64,000 nt of DNA from an uncultured Verrucomicrobiota bacterium (GCA_913061285.1 CAJXVR010000001.1:4554-68553); one strand, 5' to 3'. Shown: positions 36,046-45,141, counted from the first letter of the stretch. Numbers and translations are program-made. The notes: generated by a model from the sequence alone, not told the origin.

Positions 36046-36582
36046 ATGTCGTTATTTGTCTGTTTGTTGAGGGGGATCAATGTGGGAGGGCATCGAAAGA
36101 TGGCGATGTCCGAGCTGAGGAACCTCGCTGCCTCGCATGGCTGCACCGATGTTCAAAGCTATCTCCAGAGTGGTAATCTCGTCTTTAGGGCATCCGCTTC
36201 GAAACAAACGATTCGAACCACGATTGCTCAAAGCCTTCGCAACGAATTTGGTTCTGAGGTCGATGTTTTTGCCTACACGAAATCCGCTTTCGATGCGATC
36301 GCTGGCTCGAATCCGTTCTCTGCTCGGAGTGAATGTGACCCCAAGTTTCAACATGTCACCTTCGTCGATGGTGGCGCTGGAGCGAACTGGGATCGAACGT
36401 TGATATCGGGGAACAACGGCGACGAGGCAATTCTGAGTGGTGCCAATTATTATGTCTATTGTCCGAACGGGTATGGTCGAACCAAATTGACGAATGGTTA
36501 CTTTGAGAAACTCGTGGGAAGACGGGCTACGACAAGGAACTGGCGGACAGTGACTGCGTTGGCAGCGATGTTGGAAACCTAA
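36046..36582 (+). CDS. DUF1697 family protein
   Basis: MSLFVCLLRGINVGGHRKMAMSELRNL is the characteristic DUF1697 N-terminus. The track start at 36028 is a TTG. Confidence 0.75.
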   Translation: MSLFVCLLRGINVGGHRKMAMSELRNLAASHGCTDVQSYLQSGNLVFRASASKQTIRTTIAQSLRNEFGSEVDVFAYTKSAFDAIAGSNPFSARSECDPKFQHVTFVDGGAGANWDRTLISGNNGDEAILSGANYYVYCPNGYGRTKLTNGYFEKLVGRRATTRNWRTVTALAAMLET

Positions 36583-36741
36583 GGGGATCTTTGGGCGGAA
36601 TCAAATCGCCACGGCGGGCACCAAGCCTTAGTGGGGAACCGGATGTTGATATGAGCAAAGTTGGCGATTCGATTGCGGTTTATAGAGAGAATTTTGAATC
36701 GTTCCTTGATCGTGGCGGGTTTAAGCGGATGATTGTGTGTG

Positions 36742-37830
36742 ATGAAGAAAGCAGAGGGTCGATCGAAAGGAACTTGGTGGCACCGATTTGTCATTCGAAT
36801 TCTTACTCTCGTCTTGGGAGTGTTGGTATTCTGGTTGCTCGGTTTTTTCGTTGGCGATATCCGAACGGTTCAGGGTCCCAACTATGCTGAGATTGAAGCT
36901 GGGATGCTTGATCAGCAACTGATCGAGAAAGCAGATTCCCTAAACGCGCAGATTGCGATTCTCAGTCGATCGATCGCCAATGAGGCCGAAAAACGCCGGG
37001 TTGTTGGCGATGGTTCTCGAAGTCTACAGCAGACGATTACTCAATTGGTAGAACTGCAAAAGCTTCGCCTCGAGAATAATCAGTCGCTCACCGATCCTGA
37101 ACGGGATAATCTGAATTCAACCCTGAACCTCTTTCTCGAAAACCAGAAGTCGTATCAGGAGCTAAGTCAATCGAGTGCCGCGCTCCTTGGTCAAAAGCAG
37201 GCTCTTGAAGGGCAGCTTAAGGAAACGCTCGATGCCACGGAATTGGAGCGAGAACCTGCCCGGGCTGCGTATCGAGAACAACTGCAGAATCACCGCCTTA
37301 AACTTGCGTTTTGGCAACTCGCCGTACTGATTCCGATCTTGATCGTCGCTACCCTTCTTCTCTTGAAGCAGCGAGGGAGTCTGTATTTTCCAATGTTCCT
37401 GGCGCTTAGCTCTGCAACCTTGATCAAGGTTGGTCTTGTGGTTCATGAATATTTTCCAACCAAATATTTTAAGTACATTCTCATCGTTGTGCTCTTGATC
37501 GTCGTCGGAAAAATGCTCGTTCATTTTCTTCGTCTGATTGCCTTTCCAAAGACCGAGTGGTTGATCAAACAATATCGGGAAGCCTATGAACGGTTTCTTT
37601 GTCCGGTCTGTGATTATCCGATCCGGTCGGGACCGAGGCGCTATCTGTTTTGGACGCGGCGCTCGGTGGCGAAGCTTCGGGTGCCCAGCTCTCAGGAGGT
37701 GGATGAGGAATCTTATACCTGCCCCTGCTGTGGAAAGGGATTGTTTGCAGAGTGTCCTACCTGCCACAAGATTCGTCACTCACTCTTGCCTCATTGCCAT
37801 CATTGTGGCGAAGAGGGGGGGATTGAATAA
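36742..37830 (+). CDS. Membrane protein with a coiled coil and a C-terminal double zinc ribbon (hypothetical)
   Basis: One N-terminal helix, ~150 aa rich in heptads, three helices, then CPVC...CPCC...CPTC...CHHC. The ATG at 36742 lies inside the TTG-started track ORF. Confidence 0.6.
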   Translation: MKKAEGRSKGTWWHRFVIRILTLVLGVLVFWLLGFFVGDIRTVQGPNYAEIEAGMLDQQLIEKADSLNAQIAILSRSIANEAEKRRVVGDGSRSLQQTITQLVELQKLRLENNQSLTDPERDNLNSTLNLFLENQKSYQELSQSSAALLGQKQALEGQLKETLDATELEREPARAAYREQLQNHRLKLAFWQLAVLIPILIVATLLLLKQRGSLYFPMFLALSSATLIKVGLVVHEYFPTKYFKYILIVVLLIVVGKMLVHFLRLIAFPKTEWLIKQYREAYERFLCPVCDYPIRSGPRRYLFWTRRSVAKLRVPSSQEVDEESYTCPCCGKGLFAECPTCHKIRHSLLPHCHHCGEEGGIE

Positions 37831-37856
37831 AGAGGCGCTCGGGAGAGTATGGATTT

Positions 37857-38471
37857 ATGCTAGTGCGTCAACGGGTGTCGAGTTCTATGGTAGGATCTGA
37901 GCGCGGTCCCAAAGCACTGATCGTGATTGATATGCAGTGCGGTCTATTGGAAGGAGATCCTCGGCCTGCGAATGTCGAGGAAGTGGTCTGCGCGATCAAC
38001 GCTGTTGCCGTGGCAGTTCGGCAATCGGGTGGGCAGGTGTTTTTTGTCCAACACCATGGGGCTCCCGGAGATCGATTTGCGCCGGGGTCGGCGGAATGGC
38101 AACTCTTACCCCAATTAGAGGTGGAGCGGAAAGATATTCTGGTGCCGAAGACGATTTGCGATGCGTTCTATAAGAGCACACTTGATGAGAGCTTAAAGGA
38201 TCTCGGAATCAAGCAGCTCCTTGTCGGCGGTTGGGCGACGGATTTTTGCGTCGATACCACCATTCGAGCCGCAGCTAGCTTGGCCTATGAGGTCACGGTT
38301 ATCAAAGATGGACATACATTGGCTGATCGCCCCCATCTTCCTGCCGACTTAGTCCTCACGCATCACAATCAGACCTGGCCCCAGATGATCGTCCCGTCGG
38401 CTCCGATTCAAGTGCTCTCTGCCGAATCGATCTGTCAGCGCCTTAGGGGATCTAAGGGGGGCGTCTCGTGA
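37857..38471 (+). CDS. Isochorismatase-family cysteine hydrolase
   Basis: KALIVIDMQ near the N-terminus and the catalytic-Cys region LLVGGWATDFCVDTTIR. Confidence 0.8.
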   Translation: MLVRQRVSSSMVGSERGPKALIVIDMQCGLLEGDPRPANVEEVVCAINAVAVAVRQSGGQVFFVQHHGAPGDRFAPGSAEWQLLPQLEVERKDILVPKTICDAFYKSTLDESLKDLGIKQLLVGGWATDFCVDTTIRAAASLAYEVTVIKDGHTLADRPHLPADLVLTHHNQTWPQMIVPSAPIQVLSAESICQRLRGSKGGVS

Positions 38472-39016
38472 TGAACTCAAGATGGAAGCTTCGCTTGGCC
38501 TCGAGAGCTGACGTTTCGATCTTAACGGGCTTAATACGACGTTCTGCTTTGGAACTCCAGCAAGCCGATTATTCTTCCGCTCAGATCGCCCTTGCCCTAG
38601 GTCCGGTCTTTGGAGTTGATCGACAACTCATTGATGATGGCACCTATTTTGTCGTCGAGGCTGATTCAGAGCTTGTGGCGTGCGGTGGTTGGAGTTTTCG
38701 CACGGCTCGTTTCGGTGGCAGCGATGGAAGGATTGAAGCACAGCCGCGGCTTGACCCGAACAGTGACGCTGCGAGGATTCGCGCCTTTTTTGTGGAGCCG
38801 GTCTATTCGAGACAAGGGATCGGAAGTGCCTTAATGGAGGCTTGCGAAGCGGCGGCGATTGCGATGGGGTTTCGCCGAATTGAGATAACCGCCACGCTTG
38901 TAGGGGAACGACTCTATCGTCGATTCGGGTATTCCGTGGTCGACCGAATCGAAATTCCTCTCGATGGGGCTCCAGCCATGGCTGCAGTCACGATGTTAAA
39001 GCTTATTTCTGCCTAA
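38471..39016 (+). CDS. GNAT family N-acetyltransferase
   Basis: Acetyl-CoA motif FFVEPVYSRQGIGSALMEACE. The ATG overlaps the upstream TGA by 1 nt. Confidence 0.8.
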   Translation: MNSRWKLRLASRADVSILTGLIRRSALELQQADYSSAQIALALGPVFGVDRQLIDDGTYFVVEADSELVACGGWSFRTARFGGSDGRIEAQPRLDPNSDAARIRAFFVEPVYSRQGIGSALMEACEAAAIAMGFRRIEITATLVGERLYRRFGYSVVDRIEIPLDGAPAMAAVTMLKLISA

Positions 39017-39067
39017 GGGATTTGTGACGTTTCCCTGGCATCAAAGTCACATGAGAGGTAAACATTC

Positions 39068-39526
39068 ATGATGTTTCGTTGGTCACGGCAACAGTTTCGT
39101 TGGTTCGTCTTTTCTAGCTTTTTTGTGATTTGCTTGATTGGGATGAGCTGGCCTTACCTACCCTACCGGGTAGAGACGATCAAGATGTGCCCGATCTCTG
39201 GTTCCGTTTCCCGGGAAACCGTCTGGTTCGGAGTGCGCCGTGAACTGATTATTGAATCGACTCCCTTGGCCGCGTGGGTTCGTGCCCGAGAACCAGATTT
39301 TGTGCCCGAATACACCCGTTGGTGTGTCTTCAAGAGTCTGCTGTTTAGTGTGAGGCGCTCCTGTTTTAGATCTCCTCCTGTGGCGCTCTTAGAACCGATT
39401 CAAGAGCAGTTGGGAAGCACGATTCCCGATGACACCGTTGCGGAGCTACTCCGTGTGCTAAGGAACGAGGCCCCGAACACTCAGATGGAGGTTGTGGATC
39501 GATTGCTGAAGGAGTACGACAGCTAG
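39068..39526 (+). CDS. Hypothetical membrane-anchored protein
   Basis: 152 aa with an ATG start and the N-terminal hydrophobic helix FRWFVFSSFFVICLIGMSW. I recognise no family. Confidence 0.45.
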   Translation: MMFRWSRQQFRWFVFSSFFVICLIGMSWPYLPYRVETIKMCPISGSVSRETVWFGVRRELIIESTPLAAWVRAREPDFVPEYTRWCVFKSLLFSVRRSCFRSPPVALLEPIQEQLGSTIPDDTVAELLRVLRNEAPNTQMEVVDRLLKEYDS

Positions 39527-39589
39527 GCAAGTTCGCAAGAGACGATGCCTTAAATCGACAAGACAGATTAGACGAAGAATGGGCTGCTG

Positions 39590-40351
39590 ATGGCTGATGA
39601 GCGCGGGACACGGGGGCTTTCTCCACTGGAGAAGGAGATTTATGGCTGGCAGATTCCGGTGACGGCGTTTGGCGTTGAGGGGCAAGAGCGATTGAAAGGA
39701 GCGTCTGTCTTGGTAAGCCGCTGTGGCGGCCTCGGAGGCGTGGTCGCTTATGAACTTGCCGCTGCCGGTGTCGGTCGATTGATCCTCGCTCACGCCGGGA
39801 ATGTGAAGCCGAGTGACTTGAATAGGCAGCTCCTGATGACGCGAGACTGGATCGGAAAGCCTCGCATTGACTCGATTCGTCGACGTTTGCTCGAACTAAA
39901 CCCCGATCTGGAAATTCATGGTGTGGCTGAAAACATCAGCCCAGAGAATGCAAATCAGCTGGTTTCCGAGGCAGATTTGATCGTTGATGCCGCGCCGTTG
40001 TTTGAGGAGCGCTATGCCCTAAACGAAGCCGCCGTGCGACAGAGGAAACCGATGGTAGAGTGTGCTGTCTATGAGTTGGAAGCTCATCTAACGACGATTC
40101 TCCCTGGGGAAAGTGCCTGTCTCCGGTGTCTATATCCTGATCCTTCGACAAGCTGGACGCGCCGTTTTCCAATCTTTGGAGCCGTCTCTGGATCCCTTGG
40201 TGGAATGGCAGCCCTTGAAGCCATCAAGGTGATCGCTGGGTTCGGCCAACCGCTGGTCGGCCGGTTACTGACCTACGATTTGAAGGACTTTTCGTTTCGA
40301 ACGCTGAGAGTTCGGCGAAATGTTGATTGCAGCACCTGCGGAACAACGTAG
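39590..40351 (+). CDS. HesA/MoeB/ThiF-family adenylyltransferase (E1-like)
   Basis: 253 aa. Nucleotide loop VLVSRCGGLGG, DLNRQ, and two CxxC pairs (CLRC, CSTC) at positions comparable to the Zn site of the ~250-aa E. coli MoeB/ThiF. Confidence 0.85.
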   Translation: MADERGTRGLSPLEKEIYGWQIPVTAFGVEGQERLKGASVLVSRCGGLGGVVAYELAAAGVGRLILAHAGNVKPSDLNRQLLMTRDWIGKPRIDSIRRRLLELNPDLEIHGVAENISPENANQLVSEADLIVDAAPLFEERYALNEAAVRQRKPMVECAVYELEAHLTTILPGESACLRCLYPDPSTSWTRRFPIFGAVSGSLGGMAALEAIKVIAGFGQPLVGRLLTYDLKDFSFRTLRVRRNVDCSTCGTT

Positions 40352-40360
40352 ACTTGGGTT

Positions 40361-41674
40361 ATGGTTAAACGTGTTCCAGGCCAGGGTACCCGAATAGCGA
40401 GTGTCGTTTTCTTTGGGCTGATAGGCTTGGCTCTGGCTTGCAAATACTCTGTTCGGGACGTCGGGTTCGTAGATCTGGCGGAAGATCAGTACGGTGTTTA
40501 TCTCTTTCTTTCCGATGCCGCGAAACCCTCGATGTCTCGAGATGCTAAGACGATTGCAACGGCGACTTTTCTTGAAAGTAATCTCAGTCTCCAGGTTGCC
40601 CATCTAGGGGAGGAACCAGAACATCCCTCGCTTTGGATGACCAATGAGTTGGAGATTAAGTCGTTTCCCGCGGCCTTGCTCCGCTCGCCTGACGGAAGGT
40701 CTTTGAGGCTTCCGTTGGCTGGATCTAATGCTGGTGCTGTCACTGAGGATGATCTTTGGAACCTGATGGAATCTACTGTGAGCTCGGCAAAGCGGGAACA
40801 GCTGCTGTCACTGGTTTTGGATGCGTTTGCCGTGGTTGTCTTATTGGAGTCGAACGATTCGGAGCAGAATGCGGCGGCAAGCACCGCAATCGACGGTGCG
40901 ATCGATTCAATCAAAGAGCTCATGCCCCGGATGCCGAAGCCCGTCGATACCCCACCAATAGTCCTCACGGTATCCACGGAGGAAAGAGATGCGGAAGCAA
41001 TCATGCTTTGGTCGCTCGGATTCGATCTTGATCTTACGGATGAGCCGCAAGCGGCGATTGTGATTGGGCGCGGTCGGCGCTTGGGACCTCCCCTGCAAGG
41101 GGGCTTGATCACCAGGACGAAAATGCAGCAAATGATGGCCCTTATCGGTCAGGATTGTGAATGTGATCTGGATCGGTCCTGGATGCAGGGACCAATGGTG
41201 CCATTGCGTTGGGACTCCGATCAACAGCGATTGGCCTACGATAAGTTGGCCTTCGATGCCGAAAATCCACTGGTGAAAGCGGAGATTAGTCGGATCCTGG
41301 CGCGAGGTCCTAATGCCCGGGGAGAAACGGCAGGGAAATCGGATGTGTCGATGGATGCACTCTTTTTGGGCTATAGCGAGGAACGAGTCGATACGGCGGT
41401 AAGTGAAACGAGTGCGTCGGCAGTCTCTGCATCGATGGATGCTGAAGAACCCGCCCCGGTCCCAAGTGTCGAGCCTACGGAAGCGGGTGAATCTCTAGCA
41501 ACGTTTGAACCGCTCGAAGTGCAGCCTCCGGCGGAGAAAACGAATCCTGATTCAGAAGAAGGACCCGAGGGGGGGAACCCTGCAATACCACTGACACTCT
41601 TGGTCGTTCTTGGTCTTGGCTGTGTGGCTCTTATTGGAGGTGCCATTGTGATCGTCCGCGGAGCCGGGGTGTAG
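40361..41674 (+). CDS. Hypothetical envelope protein anchored at both ends
   Basis: 437 aa. The N-terminal hydrophobic segment ends LALAC (lipobox-like). An acidic/Pro-rich linker leads to the C-terminal helix IPLTLLVVLGLGCVALIGGAIVIV. Starts 10 nt after the E1-like gene. Confidence 0.6.
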   Translation: MVKRVPGQGTRIASVVFFGLIGLALACKYSVRDVGFVDLAEDQYGVYLFLSDAAKPSMSRDAKTIATATFLESNLSLQVAHLGEEPEHPSLWMTNELEIKSFPAALLRSPDGRSLRLPLAGSNAGAVTEDDLWNLMESTVSSAKREQLLSLVLDAFAVVVLLESNDSEQNAAASTAIDGAIDSIKELMPRMPKPVDTPPIVLTVSTEERDAEAIMLWSLGFDLDLTDEPQAAIVIGRGRRLGPPLQGGLITRTKMQQMMALIGQDCECDLDRSWMQGPMVPLRWDSDQQRLAYDKLAFDAENPLVKAEISRILARGPNARGETAGKSDVSMDALFLGYSEERVDTAVSETSASAVSASMDAEEPAPVPSVEPTEAGESLATFEPLEVQPPAEKTNPDSEEGPEGGNPAIPLTLLVVLGLGCVALIGGAIVIVRGAGV

Positions 41675-41725
41675 CATCGTGAAGCGGGTAAGAACGAGCC
41701 ATTCGAAAGCGATGAGGTTTCATTT

Positions 41726-42862
41726 ATGATTCTTAAAGAACTTTGGCATCGTAAAGCGAATACCGCGCTGAGTCTTCTTGGTCTCGCAGGGATCGTTGCG
41801 TTTCTTGTGGGATTCTTAACGACTGCTGACGCAGCCAAACGGGAGACGCGCCGAATTACCCGAGACCTAGGATTCAATCTGCGAATTATTCCTGGAACGA
41901 CGGATATGGATCGCTACTGGTTTGACGGCTATTCCTCTGCAACGATGAGTCAGGAAACGGTCAGTCGCCTTGCCGCTCAGGATGGTATCTTCATGTCGTA
42001 CAACCATTTGATGGCCTCCTTGAAACAGCCCTTTCAACTTCAGGGTCGGGAGGTGATTTTGATGGGGGTTGCCCCGACGATCACTTCGGCGGATAAGAAG
42101 AAACGGCCGATGGGTTATTCCATTAAGGCGGGAACACTTCAGTTGGGATTTCAAGTCGCCGATCGTTTGGGGGTGAAGCCTGGCGATCAACTCAGTTTAG
42201 GGGCTAAAGAATTCTCTGTGACCAAGTGCCTAGTCGAAAGCGGCACAGAACAAGATATCTATGTTTTCGGGCACCTGGAGGATATTCAGGGTGTCTTGGG
42301 GCTGGATGGGCAGATCAATGAGATCAAAGCAATCGATTGTCTCTGCCTGACCGCCGACGAGGAACCAATTAAGATTCTGAGACAAGAACTTGCCAAAGTG
42401 CTTCCTGAGGCGCGTGTGATCCAAGACCGAGTTCAAGCCGATGCGCGGGCGAAACAACGGCAGATGATCGAGAACAAGTTTGGATTTCTATCGCCGTTCC
42501 TCTTGGTTGTGAGTGCCCTATGGGTAGGTGTGATGGCGACGCTCAACGTTCGTGAACGTCGGGCCGAAATTGGTGTGCTTCGAGCCTTAGGATACGGTTC
42601 AGGGCGAATTGCCGGATTATTCTTGGTCAAGGCGATCTTGCTTGGCTGTGTCGGGGCTGTGATTGGTTTTGGACTCGGGAATGCGCTGGCCTTGAGTGTG
42701 GGGACAGAGATTTTTAAAGTCACTGCCAAGGCGATTCAGACGGATTGGAATCTCTTGGGGATGGCAGTCTTGGCCACACCCCTGTTTTCTGCCATCGCCT
42801 CGTTCATACCAGCGATGTTGGCCGTTGCACAGGATCCGGCAGTAAGCTTGAGGGAGGATTAG
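41726..42862 (+). CDS. FtsX/MacB-type ABC transporter permease
   Basis: Four helices with a ~215-aa periplasmic domain between TM1 and TM2. The N-terminus LKELWHRKANTALSLLG and the ERRAEIGVLRALG motif are typical of the family. Confidence 0.85.
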   Translation: MILKELWHRKANTALSLLGLAGIVAFLVGFLTTADAAKRETRRITRDLGFNLRIIPGTTDMDRYWFDGYSSATMSQETVSRLAAQDGIFMSYNHLMASLKQPFQLQGREVILMGVAPTITSADKKKRPMGYSIKAGTLQLGFQVADRLGVKPGDQLSLGAKEFSVTKCLVESGTEQDIYVFGHLEDIQGVLGLDGQINEIKAIDCLCLTADEEPIKILRQELAKVLPEARVIQDRVQADARAKQRQMIENKFGFLSPFLLVVSALWVGVMATLNVRERRAEIGVLRALGYGSGRIAGLFLVKAILLGCVGAVIGFGLGNALALSVGTEIFKVTAKAIQTDWNLLGMAVLATPLFSAIASFIPAMLAVAQDPAVSLRED

Positions 42863-42865
42863 ATC

Positions 42866-43552
42866 ATGATTTCTTGTGAGGCAGTTTCAAAGGTGTATCC
42901 CACTCGTTCTGGCGAGGTTCGCAGTCTTGATCACTTTGATCTTAAGATTGCGAAGGGTGAGTTTCTTGTTGTCCGGGGAGGGAGTGGTTGTGGCAAGACG
43001 ACTTTGCTGTTGGCTTTGGGTGGCATGCTGCGACCAAGCTCAGGGCGAGTGATGTTGAATGGCGAGGATCTCTACGCGATGTCTAGCCAGGAGCGGGCTA
43101 AGGTGAGATCGCATTCTGTTGGCTTCGTCTTCCAAATGTTTCATCTAGTGCCGTATTTGAGCATTCTTGAGAATATCCTGCTCGCACACCCAGGCAAAGT
43201 CTCCCGCTCGGTGATGGATAGAGGACAGCAACTAATCTCGGAATTGGGCATCGAACATCGCGTTCACCATAAACCCGCTGAACTATCGGCCGGAGAACGG
43301 CAACGAGCCGCCATTGGAAGGGCTTTGCTCAATGAACCTGAATTCTTACTCGCAGACGAGCCTACGGGGAATCTTGATCCCGAAAACACTGCTGAGGTGT
43401 TCAAACACTTGAGTGAATTCCACCGGGCGGGAGGAACCGTCGTGGTGGTGACCCATGGTCATGCTGCAGACGCCTATTCAGATCGCGTGATACGATTGGA
43501 TCAGGGGCGTTTGGTCGAAATTAATGGGGAACGGGAGTCGACGGCGGAATGA
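42866..43552 (+). CDS. ABC transporter ATP-binding protein (LolD/MacB-like)
   Basis: Walker A GGSGCGKTT, signature LSAGERQR, Walker B LLADEPTGNLD, H-loop VTHG. Confidence 0.9.
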   Translation: MISCEAVSKVYPTRSGEVRSLDHFDLKIAKGEFLVVRGGSGCGKTTLLLALGGMLRPSSGRVMLNGEDLYAMSSQERAKVRSHSVGFVFQMFHLVPYLSILENILLAHPGKVSRSVMDRGQQLISELGIEHRVHHKPAELSAGERQRAAIGRALLNEPEFLLADEPTGNLDPENTAEVFKHLSEFHRAGGTVVVVTHGHAADAYSDRVIRLDQGRLVEINGERESTAE

Positions 43553-44973
43553 AAAGAGAAACGGATTTGAATCGAATGGAAAGCATCAGAGTGGCTTGGG
43601 TTCTTGGACTGTGTCTGAGTGTCCTCAATGTTTCAGCGGATTGGCCCACCTATCGTGGTGATAATGCTCGGAGTGGAACGAGTGACGAGGCACTTTCCCT
43701 ACCCTTGAGCAATACATGGACTTTCCAGTCTAAACACAAGCCAGAGCCGGCGTGGAAAGGTGAGGCAAAGTGGGATGGCTGGAACAAGGTCTATAACCTC
43801 AAATCGAGGCAAACGTTTGACTATGCCTTTCAAGTGGCCCTTGCCGGTGACCTGGTTTACTTCGGTTCTTCGGCGGATGATAAGGTCTATTGTCTGGATG
43901 CGGCATCGGGCAAGGAACAATGGAGTTTCTTCACTGAGGGCCCGGTGCGCTTTGCGCCCACGATTCATGAAGGGCGTGCCTACTTCGGTTCCGATGATGG
44001 TCGAATATACTGTCTGAATGCCAATAATGGTGAACTCGTCTGGAAGGTTCAGATCGGCCCACGAGATTATCGCATTGCGGGAAATGGCCGTGTGATCTCA
44101 GCTTGGCCTGCCCGGGCTGGGGTTGTGATTCAGGATGGCATCCTTTACACAGCAGCCGGAATGTTTCCCTCGGAAGGCGTCCATTTGTGTGCCTTGGAGG
44201 TAACGACCGGAAAGGTCTTATGGCGTCAGGTGCAAACGGACCTTCCAGCCCAAGGGTACATGTTGGCGTCGGCAACCCGATTGTATGTGCCGACGGGGAG
44301 GAATAACCCGGTTATTCTTGATATTGCCGATGGCAAACGCTTGCGAGTGGTTCAAGGTCAAGGCGGGACTTATGCGCTCTTGTCCGGGAACGCACTTATT
44401 TTTGGCCCTGGAAAAGTGGGGCAGCTCGGTGTCGTCGAAGGTGAGACCAGCGATCAGTTGGCCCAGTTTTCTGGGAATCATATGATTGTGGCTGATGGAA
44501 AATCCTATCTTCACTCCGACTACGAAATTAGTGCTCTGGACCGGGATCGATTCATGGCTTTGGCGAGAGAACGAAAGGTCGTCTTTGCCCAGCAGAACGA
44601 TCTTTCGGACAAGTTGAAGAAGGCGCGTGCGCTCAAGAAAGACCAACAGGATCCTGCTGCCATTGGTGAGATGAGAAAAACGGTGCTGAACTTGGGACGC
44701 AAGATTGATGAGCTTTCCGAGCAGATGCGTGATTGTGAATTATGGAAAGAAGAGTGTGATTACCCATTGGATCTCATTCTTGTTGGCGATCACTTGATTG
44801 CTGGGGGTGAGGGACGCGTCGGAGCCTTCAACGTTTCCAATGGTAAACGGGTCTGGGATTCGGAGGTGAATGGTCGGGTATTCGGTCTGGCCAGTAGTGG
44901 ACATCGCCTTTTTGTCAGTACGGATCTGGGAACGATTCACTGTTTTGGGACCTCTCAACACGCTTCTAAGTAG
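43549..44973 (+). CDS. Secreted PQQ-like (BamB-type) beta-propeller repeat protein with a helical insert
   Basis: Signal peptide, then DWPTYRGDNARSG and the repeated D(D/G)(K/R)(V/I)YCL(D/N)A..G...W motifs. A ~70-aa heptad-rich insert spans aa ~330-402. ATGA overlap with the ATPase gene. Confidence 0.8.
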   Translation: MKRETDLNRMESIRVAWVLGLCLSVLNVSADWPTYRGDNARSGTSDEALSLPLSNTWTFQSKHKPEPAWKGEAKWDGWNKVYNLKSRQTFDYAFQVALAGDLVYFGSSADDKVYCLDAASGKEQWSFFTEGPVRFAPTIHEGRAYFGSDDGRIYCLNANNGELVWKVQIGPRDYRIAGNGRVISAWPARAGVVIQDGILYTAAGMFPSEGVHLCALEVTTGKVLWRQVQTDLPAQGYMLASATRLYVPTGRNNPVILDIADGKRLRVVQGQGGTYALLSGNALIFGPGKVGQLGVVEGETSDQLAQFSGNHMIVADGKSYLHSDYEISALDRDRFMALARERKVVFAQQNDLSDKLKKARALKKDQQDPAAIGEMRKTVLNLGRKIDELSEQMRDCELWKEECDYPLDLILVGDHLIAGGEGRVGAFNVSNGKRVWDSEVNGRVFGLASSGHRLFVSTDLGTIHCFGTSQHASK

Positions 44974-45141
44974 TCGAGAAAGGCATCTGGATCGCCGTAC
45001 GGACTCCTTCTTGATTGAGCCCGATTGCGGTCTGGCCGCTCGATTGGCCACGCCATTGCGAGACAGTCAGGTCTTCTTCCGTCTAAGAATGGGGACTTTT
45101 CCTTTTTTTATCTTCCGAAATCAGGTTTGGTAGCGAATGGC

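Noticed and set aside
38471-40351. Microcin-C-like or pantocin-like RiPP reading of the GNAT plus ThiF-like genes
   Set aside because: The E1-like protein is only 253 aa, with the two CxxC pairs of ordinary MoeB/ThiF and no N-terminal peptide-clamp extension. I found no short precursor ORF ending in Asn, and no Ubl with a C-terminal GG, in the flanking gaps. An unrelated membrane-protein gene separates the GNAT from the E1.
40498-41112. Long antisense shadow ORFs (for example 40498-41112, 37162-37779, 54007-54597, 20911-21456, 16498-17004, 53829-54344, 41371-41877)
   Set aside because: Each lies fully inside, or out of frame with, a longer ORF that carries recognisable motifs or membrane topology. 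Their translations are Arg/Ser/Pro-rich, as is typical of non-coding frames.
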